Origin: Phoronis australis
Lineage: Eukaryota; Animalia; Phoronida
Assembly (NCBI GenBank): GCA_002633005.1
Contig: NMRA01000107.1
Span: 539,169-603,168 of the forward strand
Direction: 5' to 3'
Length of the DNA: 64,000 nt
The notes under the pieces are model-generated. The model saw nothing but the letters and a program-made list of their open reading frames with translations, was not told the DNA's origin and ran no database searches. A program made the position numbers and the translations under genes. This document shows, in pieces, positions 62,052-64,000 of this stretch (within the stretch, counting starts at the first letter, position 1; each line of letters begins with the position of its first letter).

Positions 62052-64000
62052 TAAAATGAAGCTCATGTTCAATCTGACCAGTGCTATATATCCTATGGAT
62101 TCTTTCACGCTCAGTTTTGTATTATGCATAGTTCCTTCTAATCTCTCCATCAAAGGCAGTTGTGCATACCTTTCTACCTGTAACTATTTTGTTTTGGGTG
62201 ATAATCAAAACTTTAAAAACTTTAGAACATCAAAACATTGCCTTGCTTTTTGGAAAAAGAGCCCTAGAATGTATAATTTGTCAAGATACATTTCAAGCAG
62301 TTGAGTTATACAAGATATGGTAATTTCCCACAAAAAAATAATTGCCAAAATTTTAAATTTTCTAAAGGTCCATCAGTTTGTTACAAACTATGAAAACTAC
62401 CAAATGGCATCTTCACAGTACAAATCTGCTTGTAATTGCTAATTTTTTGTTAATCTTTATTTTTGGGGGAAATTTAACAAACTCCAATTTTACTGCTGCT
62501 TAAATAAATGAAGTGCCGTTAAGTAAAATTGGGAAAAACATCTGGCGTGGTGTTCGTTTTAGCAAATTTATCCCTAGTCATTTGGAAAACAGAAGTGGTG
62601 GCATTCAATCCAAGTTTAACGATTGTTTCCAGTTTAAGTAAATGTAGCCCGAGAACTGAATATTGTAATGCTCTTCTGTTTCTATTATATATCTTTGTAA
62701 CAGAGTAGTATGGTAGTGCAGCCCTGTGTCTTGCTTTTATATAAGTGTTGTGGTTGTCCACCGGTGTCGCCTCGATGGATAGATATCAGATATATGGAAC
62801 TGAACTATTGAAAATGTAGAAGAGAGGAAAATGAGAGATTCAGTAGACTAGAAATATGTACGCATTTATTATCATAGCGGTGAAATACAAAACAACGATG
62901 ACGATTGCGATTAACAATCGGCGATAGTTTACATGAAAGGAATCGTACGTTTACACGCTCATCGGTCGAGATTGGGCAACTCGGCCGGATTGCGTACCTC
63001 GAAATCTGCCGTATTGGTCAAATACATGACCATGACGTAGTTAGTTATATCGCCTCGGGTTCTTAGTGTTATCGTTCTCTAGATAATCAGACCCGTCATA
63101 AACACACTGGGAGCGACTATTCTAATATACTATTTAACAATTTTCAACATTTTCGTTTTTAAAGTTTTTAAACAGCATATTTGAATAGTTCGTGAAAAGT
63201 ACACGTGAATGATTTTTGAATTTTGAAAATTGGACAAGAAATGTGACTTTTACATCATAAAACGTTTGTATAATGTTGCCATATTATGCTCCTCAATAAT
63301 TCTGCTGTTTGTGCAGCATAATTGTACCAATTACCAAAGCATCAGACAGCAGTTCGATTTTGAGGTTAGCCAAGTGTCATCGGCCTAAGGTGCCCCAGAG
63401 AACCCGTCAGTTCTACAAATGCGTGATCTTTTATAGATCAGGGGAATGTGGCTGAACTTAGACGAGTCCAAAATATGGACGACACAAAAAAAACACCCGA
63501 GAGAGGGAGTTAGCGCTCGTCACACCATATCTACATTAGTATTTCTTGTCTTCTCTACAATTATTTACATGATTACATTTTGGCTGTAAAACATGCGATC
63601 AATGCACACGGCATGATCTTTAAGAGCGGGTATCGTGGACTAAACTCGTTTTCATGTCGTCTGTGTGAAGTTTATCCCATCAAAAAGGTGCACCTTGGTC
63701 GGCAACGCCATTCTAAATAAGAGCGAAACTGAAAAAACTCATGGCTCCGTGATAGTATTTTTACTTATCAGTTGCGACTTTTGCGTTACTTCTGTGTTTT
63801 ATAAGCATGGTCCGTTGCTTTTTATGACATTTGATCGTCCAAATTCCAATCCTTTGACTGATTTCATATTTTCTCTTGGTCAAGAAAAGGACTGTCTCCA
63901 ATTAAGAACAAGCTGCCCGACGTGGTGGCTTTAACTTTACTCCATGTCTTTTTTCTACTCAAATATTCGGCTTACGGTCCCAGTGCCTTCAACATTACAT

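Overview
Eukaryotic (metazoan, probably marine invertebrate; taxon is inference) AT-rich, repeat-dense genomic DNA. Three spliced genes can be assembled by hand with GT-AG sites and consistent reading phases. (1) A two-exon, 101-aa secreted peptide gene (+, 20781-28147) with two tandem C-x3-C-x3-C-x17/18-C-x-C (defensin/CSalpha-beta-like) modules; its 7-kb intron holds a decayed 5.3-kb integrase-encoding Ginger-type transposon. (2) A 13-exon, 653-aa Cys-rich cell-surface protein gene (-, 45376-29852) with a signal peptide and GPI-like tail; several of its splice junctions are tandemly duplicated, one giving five in-frame donor sites. (3) A divergently oriented C9orf72 orthologue with 8 coding exons (+, 51848-60948; 560 aa) and a ~105-aa Ser-rich insertion. 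The rest is non-autonomous DNA transposons/MITEs (several with clear TIRs and TSDs), LINE and transposase fragments, and mini/microsatellites. Most ORF-track ORFs are spurious. Family assignments come from recalled motifs, not database searches.
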